From Erythrobacter sp. (GTDB lineage Bacteria; Pseudomonadota; Alphaproteobacteria; Sphingomonadales; Sphingomonadaceae): DNA of 64,000 nucleotides. The stretch spans positions 15,162-79,161 of the forward strand of contig JAZBPE010000002.1 of NCBI GenBank assembly GCA_036353345.1, given 5' to 3'. Positions 56,263 through 64,000 of the stretch are shown piece after piece. A program made the position numbers and the translations under genes. The notes beneath the pieces were generated by a model. It was not told the origin of the DNA. It ran no database searches and saw nothing but the letters and a program-made list of their open reading frames with translations. Every line of letters starts with the position of its first letter. Position 1 is the stretch's first letter.

Positions 56263-58523
56263 CCCACGATGCCCGCACTCGATAGCACCGCAAGCGTCAG
56301 GACGTCCGGCGCATTGGCGGTCATCGGGACGATCTGCACCGGCTTTTCCATCCCGATCAGCATCGGACCCACGGTCGTGTTATTGCCAAGTTCCCGCAGC
56401 AGCTTGGCCGAAAGGTTCGCCGATTGCAGCCCCGGCATGACCAGTACGTTGGCAGGCGCCGACAGGCGGCTGAAGGGGTAGAGCTTCATTACCGTGGGAT
56501 TGAGCGCGGCATCGGGCGCCATCTCGCCTTCATATTCGAAGTCGCAGCCCTCCTCGTCCAGGATCGCTACCGCCTTGCGGATATTGTCGAGCCATTGGCC
56601 CGATGGATTGCCGAAGGTCGAATAGGACAGGAACGCAACGCGCGGTTCATGGCCCATGCGGCGCGCGACCGCGGCGGTCTCGCGCGCAATATGGGCAAGC
56701 TCTTCCGAATTGGGCCGCTCGTTGATCGTGGTATCGGCGAGAAAGGTCGTGTGGTTCTTGCCGATCATCATATGGATGCCGAAGGGGATCGCATCAGGCT
56801 TTGGATCGAGCACCCGATTAATTTCCTTCGCGGTCTGAGCGAAGGTTCGCGTCAGCCCTGAAATCACCCCGTCCCCATGACCGAGCGCGACCAGCAGCGC
56901 GGCAAACACGTTGCGCTCCTGATTGACCATCCGGCGAACATCGCGCTCTGTATAGCCGCGGCGCCGGAGGCGTTTGTAAAGGAAATCGACCATTGCGGGC
57001 ACATGCTCGCTATCGGCGGAATTCTGGATTTCAAAGCTGCTCGGATCGCTGACGGACAGCTGATGGAGCTTGTCCAGCACCGCCTTGGTCCGCCCGACCA
57101 GGATCGGAGTGCCGTAACCGAAGTCGCGGAACTGGATTGCCGCGCGCAGCACCACCTCCTCCTCGGCCTCGGCAAAGACCATCCGCTTGGGGTTCGCCTT
57201 TGCTTCGTTATAGACGCCAGCGAGGACGGATGTGGTGGGATTGAGGCGGGAGCGCAGCTTCACGCGGTAAGCGTCGAAATCCTCAATCCGTGCCTGCGCA
57301 ACGCCCGAATCCATTGCCGCCTTGGCAACGGCGGAGGAGACAACTTCGATCAGGCGCGGATCGAAGGGGGCCGGAATGATGTAGTCGGTCCCGAATTTCT
57401 GGTTCTTCCCATAGGCGCTTGCGACTTCCTCTGGCACACGTTCGCGAGCGAGTTCGGCGATGGCATTGGCCGCGGCGACCTTCATCTCGTCATTGATCGT
57501 CGTCGCCTGCACGTCGAGCGCGCCGCGAAAGATGAACGGGAAGCCCAGCACATTGTTGACCTGGTTGGGAAAGTCGCTGCGCCCGGTCGCGATGATCGCA
57601 TCGGGCCGCACCTTCTTCGCCTCATCCGGCATGATTTCAGGCACCGGGTTTGCCATCGCGAAGATGATCGGCTTGTCCGCCATATGCTCGACCCATTCGG
57701 GCTTGAGCGCACCTGCCGCCGACAGGCCGAGGAAGATGTCCGCGCCCACCAGCGCCTCTTCCAGGGTGCGCGCCTCGGTTTCGACCGCATGCGCGCTTTT
57801 CCACTGATCGACATCCTCGCGACCCGGATAGATCGGCCCGGAGCGATCGCAAACGATGACATTTTCGTGGCGAACGCCGACCGATTTGACCAGCGCGGTG
57901 CAGGCGAGCGCGGAGGCCCCTGCTCCGTTCACCACCATCTTCACCTCGGAAAGATGCCGGCCCGTCAGGTGGCAAGCATTGATCAGGCCAGCGACCGCGA
58001 TGATCGCGGTGCCATGCTGGTCATCATGCATCACCGGAATGTTCATGCGTTCGCGCAGGGCTGCTTCGATGATGAAGCATTCGGGCGCCTTGATGTCTTC
58101 CAGATTGATGCCACCAAAGGTCGGCTCCATCAGAGCGACAGCGTTGATGAAGGCTTCGGGATCCTCGGTCGCGAGTTCGATATCGATCGAATCGACGTCG
58201 GCGAAGCGTTTGAAGAGCACCGCCTTGCCCTCCATCACCGGCTTCGAAGCGAGCGCGCCGAGATTGCCGAGGCCGAGAATTGCCGAACCGTTCGAGATAA
58301 CGGCGACTAGGTTGGCCTTCGCGGTATAACGCGCGGCAAGCGAGGGGTCGGCGGCAATCGCCTCGACCGGCACTGCCACGCCGGGCGAATAGGCAAGGCT
58401 AAGATCGCGCTGCGAGGTCATCGGCTTGGTCGCGACGACTTCGAGCTTTCCCGGCCGGATCGTCTCATGGTAGAACAGCGCCTCGCGGGCAGTGAACGCG
58501 CCTTGCGGTTCGTCGTCGGCCAT
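56259..58523 (-). CDS. maeB: NADP-dependent malic enzyme (malic enzyme plus PTA-like domain)
   Basis: ALFYHETIRPGKLEVVATKPM...DLSLAYSPGVA...VISNGSAILGLGNLG, with a C-terminal phosphate-acetyltransferase-like half. Start placed at the second ATG (58523) because AAGGGA lies ~7 nt upstream; ATG 58529 is also possible. Confidence 0.94.
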   Translation of the reverse strand: MADDEPQGAFTAREALFYHETIRPGKLEVVATKPMTSQRDLSLAYSPGVAVPVEAIAADPSLAARYTAKANLVAVISNGSAILGLGNLGALASKPVMEGKAVLFKRFADVDSIDIELATEDPEAFINAVALMEPTFGGINLEDIKAPECFIIEAALRERMNIPVMHDDQHGTAIIAVAGLINACHLTGRHLSEVKMVVNGAGASALACTALVKSVGVRHENVIVCDRSGPIYPGREDVDQWKSAHAVETEARTLEEALVGADIFLGLSAAGALKPEWVEHMADKPIIFAMANPVPEIMPDEAKKVRPDAIIATGRSDFPNQVNNVLGFPFIFRGALDVQATTINDEMKVAAANAIAELARERVPEEVASAYGKNQKFGTDYIIPAPFDPRLIEVVSSAVAKAAMDSGVAQARIEDFDAYRVKLRSRLNPTTSVLAGVYNEAKANPKRMVFAEAEEEVVLRAAIQFRDFGYGTPILVGRTKAVLDKLHQLSVSDPSSFEIQNSADSEHVPAMVDFLYKRLRRRGYTERDVRRMVNQERNVFAALLVALGHGDGVISGLTRTFAQTAKEINRVLDPKPDAIPFGIHMMIGKNHTTFLADTTINERPNSEELAHIARETAAVARRMGHEPRVAFLSYSTFGNPSGQWLDNIRKAVAILDEEGCDFEYEGEMAPDAALNPTVMKLYPFSRLSAPANVLVMPGLQSANLSAKLLRELGNNTTVGPMLIGMEKPVQIVPMTANAPDVLTLAVLSSAGIVG

Positions 58524-58652
58524 CGTCATCCCTTGATCGGTTGCGGCCGTGATGGCCCTTGAGTTCGCGCGACGCTTAGCGGGCACACGGGAACGTGGAT
58601 AGGGCCAAAGCACGGTGAAAAGCGTGTCCATGCCGCTTCCCGAATCGCATCT

Positions 58653-61346
58653 ATGCCCCCTACGCTCGGGACGATGGGAGCAAAGGTGAACAACAAAGCG
58701 AGCGCCGCAGTGTCAGCCGCGCCTGGGTCGGCGCCCACGCCGATGATGGCGCAATACCTTGCGCTAAAGCTTGAGGCGCAAGATGCGCTGCTGTTCTATC
58801 GTATGGGCGACTTTTTCGAGCTGTTTTTCGATGACGCCAGGATCGCGTCTGAAATTCTCGACATCGCGCTCACCAGCCGCGGCGAGCATGATGGCAAGCC
58901 GGTCGCGATGTGCGGTGTGCCGGTGCACTCGGCGGACAGCTATCTCGCACGATTGATCAAGGCGGGGCAGCGCGTCGCCATTGCCGAACAGACCGAAACT
59001 CCGGCGCAAGCCAAAGCGCGAGCGAAGCGCGAAGGCAGGCCGTCCTCCAAAGCGTTGGTGGCGCGCGATATCGTGCGGTTCGTCACGGCGGGGACATTGA
59101 CCGAGGACGCGCTGCTGGAGCCGCGCCGTGCCAACATGCTTGTCGCGCTAACCGAGATGCGCGGGCGGATCGGGATTGCAGCGGTCGACATCTCGACCGG
59201 TGCGATGACGCTGGAGGAATGCGCGCCGGACGCTTGCGACGCCGCGCTTGCGCGGATCGCTGCGAGCGAAACAATCGTTCCCGAAGGATGGGCGGAAGCG
59301 CCGGACGGTGCCGAGACCCTGCCTGCTTCGACCTTCTCCAGCGAGAGCGGCGCAGAGCGCCTGCGCGCGCTTCACGGCGTTGCAACCCTCGATGCGTTCG
59401 GTGACTTCAGCCGCGCCATGCTTTCAGCGGCAGGCGGGCTGATCGGCTATCTCGACCATGTGGGACGCGGCACGCTACCTCTGCTTTTGCCACCCGAAGC
59501 GCGAAGCTCCGATACCGGGCTTGCCATGGACGAAGCCACGCGCGCCAGCCTCGAGTTGGTCGAGAGCGTCAGTGGCGGGCGTGCAGGCAGTTTGATTGCT
59601 GCGATAGACCGGTGCGTCAGCGGCGCGGGCTCGCGCTGTCTCGCCAGCGACCTGTCGGCCCCGTTGCGGAACAGGTCCGCAATCGAGGCACGGCTGGCGC
59701 TCGTTCAATTCTGGCTCGACCGCCCGATCGAGCGCGCGCGTCTTCGAGACGGCTTACGCGCCGTGCCGGATATCGGCAGGGCGCTAGGGCGTATCGCTGC
59801 TCTGCGCGCCTCGCCGCGCGACCTGGCGCAGATGCGTGACGGGCTGACCGAAGCGCAGCGGCTGCACGCATGGCTGTCGGGCGAAACGGATCGCCCGGCG
59901 CTGCTCGATGCGCTGCTGCCCGCCCTCACCGGGCATGCAGAGTTGCTGGACATGCTGGGTCGAGCGCTTGTTCCAGCGCCCGCAACCGATCGCGCAAATG
60001 GCGGCTTTATCGCCGCGGGCTACGACAACGAGCTCGACGAGCTGCGCAAAATTTCCGGCAATGCGCGCCGCGCGATTGCCGCCATGGAGACGCGCTATCG
60101 CGAAGAAGCGGGCGTTCCCATGCTCAAGATCAAGCACAATGGCGTGCTCGGCTATTTCATCGAGGTGCCCAGCCGCCATGCTGATGCCCTGATGACACCC
60201 GATAGCGGCTTCACCCACCGCCAAACGATGAAAGGTGTGGTGCGCTTCAATTCGCTCGCGCTGCACGAGGAGGCGGCCCGGATCACCGAGGCTGGCGGAC
60301 GTGCGATCGCAGTGGAGGAGGAACATTTCAAAGACATGTGCGCGCGCGTAACGCAGGCACGGCTTGCAATCGCAGAAACGGCGGCAGCGCTTGCCCGGAT
60401 CGATGTAAGCGCAGGTCAGGCCGAGCGTGCGGCCGAAGGCGACTGGTGCCGTCCGGTAATCGAGGACGAAGGCGCACTGATCATCGAAGGCGGACGCCAT
60501 CCGGTGGTCGAAGCGGCGCTCGCGCATATAGGTGATCGCTTCGTCGCCAATGACTGCGCCTTAAGCGAGGATAACCGCCTGTGGCTGATCGGCGGGCCGA
60601 ACATGGGCGGCAAGTCGACCTTCCTGCGCCAGAACGCGCTGATCGTGGTCATGGCGCAGGCGGGCGGATTTGTGCCCGCATCCGCCGCGCGCATCGGGCT
60701 CGTCGATCGACTTTTCAGCCGTGTGGGCGCGTCAGACAATCTGGCTCGCGGACGCTCGACCTTTATGGTCGAGATGGTGGAAACGGCCGCGATCCTCGCT
60801 CAGGCGACGCGACACAGCTTCGTCATTCTCGACGAGGTCGGGCGCGGCACCTCGACCTATGATGGGCTCGCTCTAGCGTGGGCGGTGGCCGAGGCCATGC
60901 ATACCAAAATCGCGTGTCGCTGCCTGTTTGCAACGCACTATCACGAACTCGCGCGGCTTGCGGAGACCTGCCCGGCCCTGTCGCTTCATCATGTGCGCGC
61001 GCGTGAGTGGAAGGGCGACCTTATCCTGCTGCACGAACTGGTGGAGGGACCAGCTGATCGCTCCTATGGCCTCGCGGTAGCACGGCTCGCAGGCGTGCCC
61101 GAGCCGGTGGTCGCGCGGGCTCGTACTGTGCTCGCCAAACTCGAATCGAACCGCGCTGAAACGGGCGGGCTCGCAGCCGGGCTCGGCGATTTACCGCTGT
61201 TCGCCGCGGCTGACACAACGCTTCGGCAGGACGTGGCATGTGTCGAGCAGGCGATCGCCGAACGCCTGCGTGAGACCGACTGCGACGCGCTTTCCCCGCT
61301 TGAAGCGCTGGAGCTGGTCTATAGTCTGTGCCGAACGCTGGACTGA
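58653..61346 (+). CDS. mutS: DNA mismatch repair protein MutS
   Basis: TPMMAQYLALKLEAQDALLFYRMGDFFELFFDDA, Walker A GPNMGGKST, and STFMVEM. The true start may be GTG 58686 (GGAG 5 nt upstream) rather than ATG 58653. Confidence 0.95.
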   Translation: MPPTLGTMGAKVNNKASAAVSAAPGSAPTPMMAQYLALKLEAQDALLFYRMGDFFELFFDDARIASEILDIALTSRGEHDGKPVAMCGVPVHSADSYLARLIKAGQRVAIAEQTETPAQAKARAKREGRPSSKALVARDIVRFVTAGTLTEDALLEPRRANMLVALTEMRGRIGIAAVDISTGAMTLEECAPDACDAALARIAASETIVPEGWAEAPDGAETLPASTFSSESGAERLRALHGVATLDAFGDFSRAMLSAAGGLIGYLDHVGRGTLPLLLPPEARSSDTGLAMDEATRASLELVESVSGGRAGSLIAAIDRCVSGAGSRCLASDLSAPLRNRSAIEARLALVQFWLDRPIERARLRDGLRAVPDIGRALGRIAALRASPRDLAQMRDGLTEAQRLHAWLSGETDRPALLDALLPALTGHAELLDMLGRALVPAPATDRANGGFIAAGYDNELDELRKISGNARRAIAAMETRYREEAGVPMLKIKHNGVLGYFIEVPSRHADALMTPDSGFTHRQTMKGVVRFNSLALHEEAARITEAGGRAIAVEEEHFKDMCARVTQARLAIAETAAALARIDVSAGQAERAAEGDWCRPVIEDEGALIIEGGRHPVVEAALAHIGDRFVANDCALSEDNRLWLIGGPNMGGKSTFLRQNALIVVMAQAGGFVPASAARIGLVDRLFSRVGASDNLARGRSTFMVEMVETAAILAQATRHSFVILDEVGRGTSTYDGLALAWAVAEAMHTKIACRCLFATHYHELARLAETCPALSLHHVRAREWKGDLILLHELVEGPADRSYGLAVARLAGVPEPVVARARTVLAKLESNRAETGGLAAGLGDLPLFAAADTTLRQDVACVEQAIAERLRETDCDALSPLEALELVYSLCRTLD

Positions 61347-61425
61347 GGCCGACCGCTTGACTGAGAACGCACGTCGGGGAACCATCTTTACCAGAAATTA
61401 ACAATATCTTTCCTATGGATCGGGT

Positions 61426-61866
61426 GTGACCCAAGGTTTGCTCGGCAATACGAAAGCCGTCATGGCACTGGCCGGCGTAGTACTCGTACTCGCCGTGGTC
61501 GCCTCGTTTGCGCTTAGCGCTTTCGTCCCTCGGGAAACTGCGACACAAGGCGTTGAAGAGCGTGACGAAGATCCCAGTACCGCGCAGGAGGGACCCGAAA
61601 CCCCCACCTGGGCTGATGATGCCGCGGACGGATTACCGGACGATGGTTGGGGCGAAGCGGCGCTGACGGCGGGCGATAGTGACGGTTTTGAGTCTCCCTC
61701 TCCTCAGCGCGGCGCAGAAAGGGTTTTCAACGATTACGATCCGGTCACTTCACCAACGCCGCCCCGTACGCGCATTCGCGGACAGTGGACGCCCGAGCGA
61801 GATCCGCCTGTTCGCAATCCGGACGGGACCTACGCAATCCCGATAAGACCGCGTCTGGCTAACTGA
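61426..61866 (+). CDS. hypothetical membrane-anchored acidic/Pro-rich protein
   Basis: A single N-terminal TM (AVMALAGVVLVLAVVASFALSAFV) followed by a low-complexity region. Start uncertain (GTG 61426 or ATG 61462). Confidence 0.4.
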   Translation: MTQGLLGNTKAVMALAGVVLVLAVVASFALSAFVPRETATQGVEERDEDPSTAQEGPETPTWADDAADGLPDDGWGEAALTAGDSDGFESPSPQRGAERVFNDYDPVTSPTPPRTRIRGQWTPERDPPVRNPDGTYAIPIRPRLAN

Positions 61867-61914
61867 TTATTTAGGCCAGCTTCTGGCGCAATCGACTGGG
61901 GACGCCAGCCAAGC

Positions 61915-62238
61915 TCAATCTTCTTTTCCCTTGTACTTGTTAGTATTGTCGTCGTGGTTCGGCTCACCGGCGAAAGCACTGTGATCGATACGACCGCTGT
62001 CTTCCATCTCACGCATCTCGTCGATCAGATCGGTCTCGTTTCCGGCGACGTTATCGACGCCGGGCGACGGAGCCTTGCGGCTTTCGGTAGCTCCAGCGAT
62101 CTTCGTGCGATGCTCTTTGGCTTGTTCGGCGATTTCCTGCGCCTGGCTGCGATGATCATCCTGCTCGTCATTATGGGTTTCCGGGGCGAGACCCGCCTGG
62201 CGCTGTTCCTGGCTTACGGGATTGGTGCGTTTGGTCAT
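61915..62238 (-). CDS. small hydrophilic, probably disordered protein (107 aa)
   Basis: Start corrected to MTKRTNPVSQEQ (ATG 62238, AAGGAG RBS). Rich in E/D/K/Q/H with no hydrophobic core. No family recognised. Confidence 0.55.
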   Translation of the reverse strand: MTKRTNPVSQEQRQAGLAPETHNDEQDDHRSQAQEIAEQAKEHRTKIAGATESRKAPSPGVDNVAGNETDLIDEMREMEDSGRIDHSAFAGEPNHDDNTNKYKGKED

Positions 62239-62344
62239 TGAAAGTCTCCTTAGATCAATCAACCGACGAACCGCTTGACCTGTTCCGAAGGGGGCTGTGT
62301 TGGACAGGCGCGAGACCACCCGCGCCCCGGCAGAATTATGAAAA

Positions 62345-63214
62345 CTACCGTGTCGGCACCGGCGCTTCGCCCGTATAATCGTAGAAGCCCCGGCCCGTCT
62401 TGCGCCCCAGCCACCCGGCTTCGACATATTTTACCAGTAGCGGAGCCGGGCGATACTTGCTGTCGCGGGTCGTCTTGTAGAGCACCTTGATGATGTCGAG
62501 GCAGGTGTCGAGCCCGACGAAATCGGCGAGCTGCAGCGGCCCCATCGGATGATTGAGACCGAGTCGGCATCCCTTGTCGATATCCTCGATCCCCGCAGTC
62601 GACTGACCGAGCAGGAAGACCGCTTCATTGATCATCGGAAGCAGAATGCGGTTGACGACGAAGCCCGGCTCATCCTGGCTCAGTACGACTTCCTTGCCCA
62701 GCCCTTTCGCAAAGGCCGTGATACGGTCCGTGGTGTCCGGCGCGGTGGCGAGGCCGGGTATTACCTCGATCAGCCCCATGACCGGGACCGGGTTGAAGAA
62801 GTGCAGGCCAATAAAGCGGCCAGGATCGGGCGAATGGTTCGCCATGCGGGTTATCGGTATCGAACTCGTATTTGAAGCAAGGATCGCGTTCGAAGCGAGC
62901 ACCTTGCCCGCGGCCTCGAAGATCGACAGCTTGATCGCTTCCTTTTCAGTCGCCGCTTCGATGATGAGGTCAGCTTCGGCCATCGGCTCGTAATCCGCGA
63001 CCGGCGTGATCCGTGCGAGCAGGCTCTCTGCCGCGTCCGCTTCGATCTTGCCGCGTCCGACGAGCTTGGCGACAGCAGCATCGACCTTGGTCTTGCCCAC
63101 CGTGGCGCTTTCCAGATCGATATCGGATAGCAACACGTCCATGCCGTGAGCGGCGACGCTCTGGGCGATACCGGTGCCCATCTGGCCCGCTCCAATAATG
63201 GCGACTTTCCGCAT
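62345..63214 (-). CDS. hbd: 3-hydroxybutyryl-CoA dehydrogenase (3-hydroxyacyl-CoA dehydrogenase family)
   Basis: Start corrected to [18 protein letters not shown] (Rossmann GxGxxG). Also [18 protein letters not shown], and [16 protein letters not shown]. Confidence 0.9.
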   Translation of the reverse strand: MRKVAIIGAGQMGTGIAQSVAAHGMDVLLSDIDLESATVGKTKVDAAVAKLVGRGKIEADAAESLLARITPVADYEPMAEADLIIEAATEKEAIKLSIFEAAGKVLASNAILASNTSSIPITRMANHSPDPGRFIGLHFFNPVPVMGLIEVIPGLATAPDTTDRITAFAKGLGKEVVLSQDEPGFVVNRILLPMINEAVFLLGQSTAGIEDIDKGCRLGLNHPMGPLQLADFVGLDTCLDIIKVLYKTTRDSKYRPAPLLVKYVEAGWLGRKTGRGFYDYTGEAPVPTR

Positions 63215-63319
63215 GACAGCATTCTCTCTTCGCAGGTGCAACAAACTCCGGCTCCCTAACGGGCGCACGCAGCCTTGGCTAGCGGTGAGGGTCAGCGATG
63301 ATGGACGAACGCCGAGAGC

Positions 63320-63907
63320 TCAGCGATTGGCGCCGGGCACCCACTTTACATCGCTCTGACCCTGGTCATTGCACGACCGGGCGAGGACGAAAAGCAAATC
63401 GGACAAGCGGTTGATGTAGTGCGAGGCCGCGGGATTGACCGGCTCCTCTTCAGCCAGTGCCGTCATCGCCCGCTCCGCACCGCGGGTTTGCGCGCGCGCG
63501 ACATGGAGGCGGGCCGACGACTCGCTCCCACCCGGAAGGATAAAGCTGCTGAGCGCTTCGAGTTTGCCATTGAACGTGTCGATCTGCCCTTCGAGCCATT
63601 CAACCTGTGCGGGAACGATGCGCAACACCATCTCGCCCGGCTCGAACCCGTCACCATCGAGCGCGCCTTTGGGCGTCGCGAGGTCCGCGCCAAGATCGAA
63701 CAGGTCGTTCTGAATCCGCTCCACGACCGCAGCATCCAGACTGCCCGGTTCCAGCGCGGCCAACGCCAGACCGATCGCGCTGTTTGCTTCGTCCACCGCT
63801 CCGATTGCGGCGATCCGGGCAGAATGCTTGGGAGTACGCGAGCCGTCGACGAGGCCGGTTGTGCCGTCATCGCCGGTGCGGGTGTAAATCTTATTGAGCT
63901 TGACCAT
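63320..63907 (-). CDS. PduO-type ATP:cob(I)alamin adenosyltransferase
   Basis: MVKLNKIYTRTGDDGTTGL is the hallmark N-terminus. 195 aa. Confidence 0.9.
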   Translation of the reverse strand: MVKLNKIYTRTGDDGTTGLVDGSRTPKHSARIAAIGAVDEANSAIGLALAALEPGSLDAAVVERIQNDLFDLGADLATPKGALDGDGFEPGEMVLRIVPAQVEWLEGQIDTFNGKLEALSSFILPGGSESSARLHVARAQTRGAERAMTALAEEEPVNPAASHYINRLSDLLFVLARSCNDQGQSDVKWVPGANR

Positions 63908-63952
63908 CGGGACGAGGCTATGGCGCAGTGCGGAACCAGCGTCCAGCCGCGA

Positions 63953-64000
63953 TCAGCTGGCGAGCAACGCGATCACCGCAACCACCGCGATCGCCATCGC
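63953..64000 (-). CDS. C-terminal end of an unidentified membrane protein (partial, 16 codons)
   Basis: The minus strand reads ...AMAIAVVAVIALLAS-stop (TGA complement at 63953-63955). Too short to support beyond an open hydrophobic frame reaching the window edge. Confidence 0.2.
   Translation of the reverse strand, partial: AMAIAVVAVIALLAS

Noticed and set aside
56877-58310. 477-aa ORF antisense to maeB. The same applies to 16034..17383, 23723..24931, 36720..37937, 52871..53842, 17346..18401 and 3828..4799.
   Set aside because: Same reasoning: each overlaps a gene with clear family motifs on the other strand or frame.

Overview
High-G+C alphaproteobacterial chromosome segment. A CtrA regulator, sigma-54, PEP-CTERM proteins and the hisS-prfA-prmC-DUF4167-lnt-metK array suggest a Sphingomonadales-like organism, but this is inference only. 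Most of the window is housekeeping: gltX, rpoC, rpoB, rplJ, rplL, groES/groEL with a CIRCE operator, polA, scoA/scoB, metK, lnt, prmC, prfA, hisS, ppa, lptB, rpoN, ctrA, trmB, maeB, mutS, a 3-hydroxybutyryl-CoA dehydrogenase and a PduO-type adenosyltransferase. I saw no rRNA, tRNA, CRISPR array, transposase, integrase, phage gene or recognisable defence gene. Many long ORFs in the track are antisense shadows of real genes, as expected at this G+C, and several true genes start downstream of the track's ORF start; I corrected those from RBS and N-terminal homology. I did not find a convincing multi-gene novel system. The observations most worth follow-up are: (1) a structured, AT-rich 536-bp spacer with an orphan minus-strand intrinsic terminator and an anti-SD-like tract upstream of a Cdc48/VAT-like double AAA+ ATPase; (2) a membrane-anchored Pro/Ala-rich HAD-like protein tightly coupled between the two CoA-transferase subunits scoA and scoB; (3) a lipoprotein serpin with an extended hexaproline reactive-centre loop; (4) a DUF305 plus LVIVD beta-propeller fusion protein; (5) tandem PEP-CTERM paralogues with homogenised 3' ends; (6) rplJL head-to-head with rpoBC instead of co-directional. 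All functional calls rest on motif recognition by eye, with no database search.
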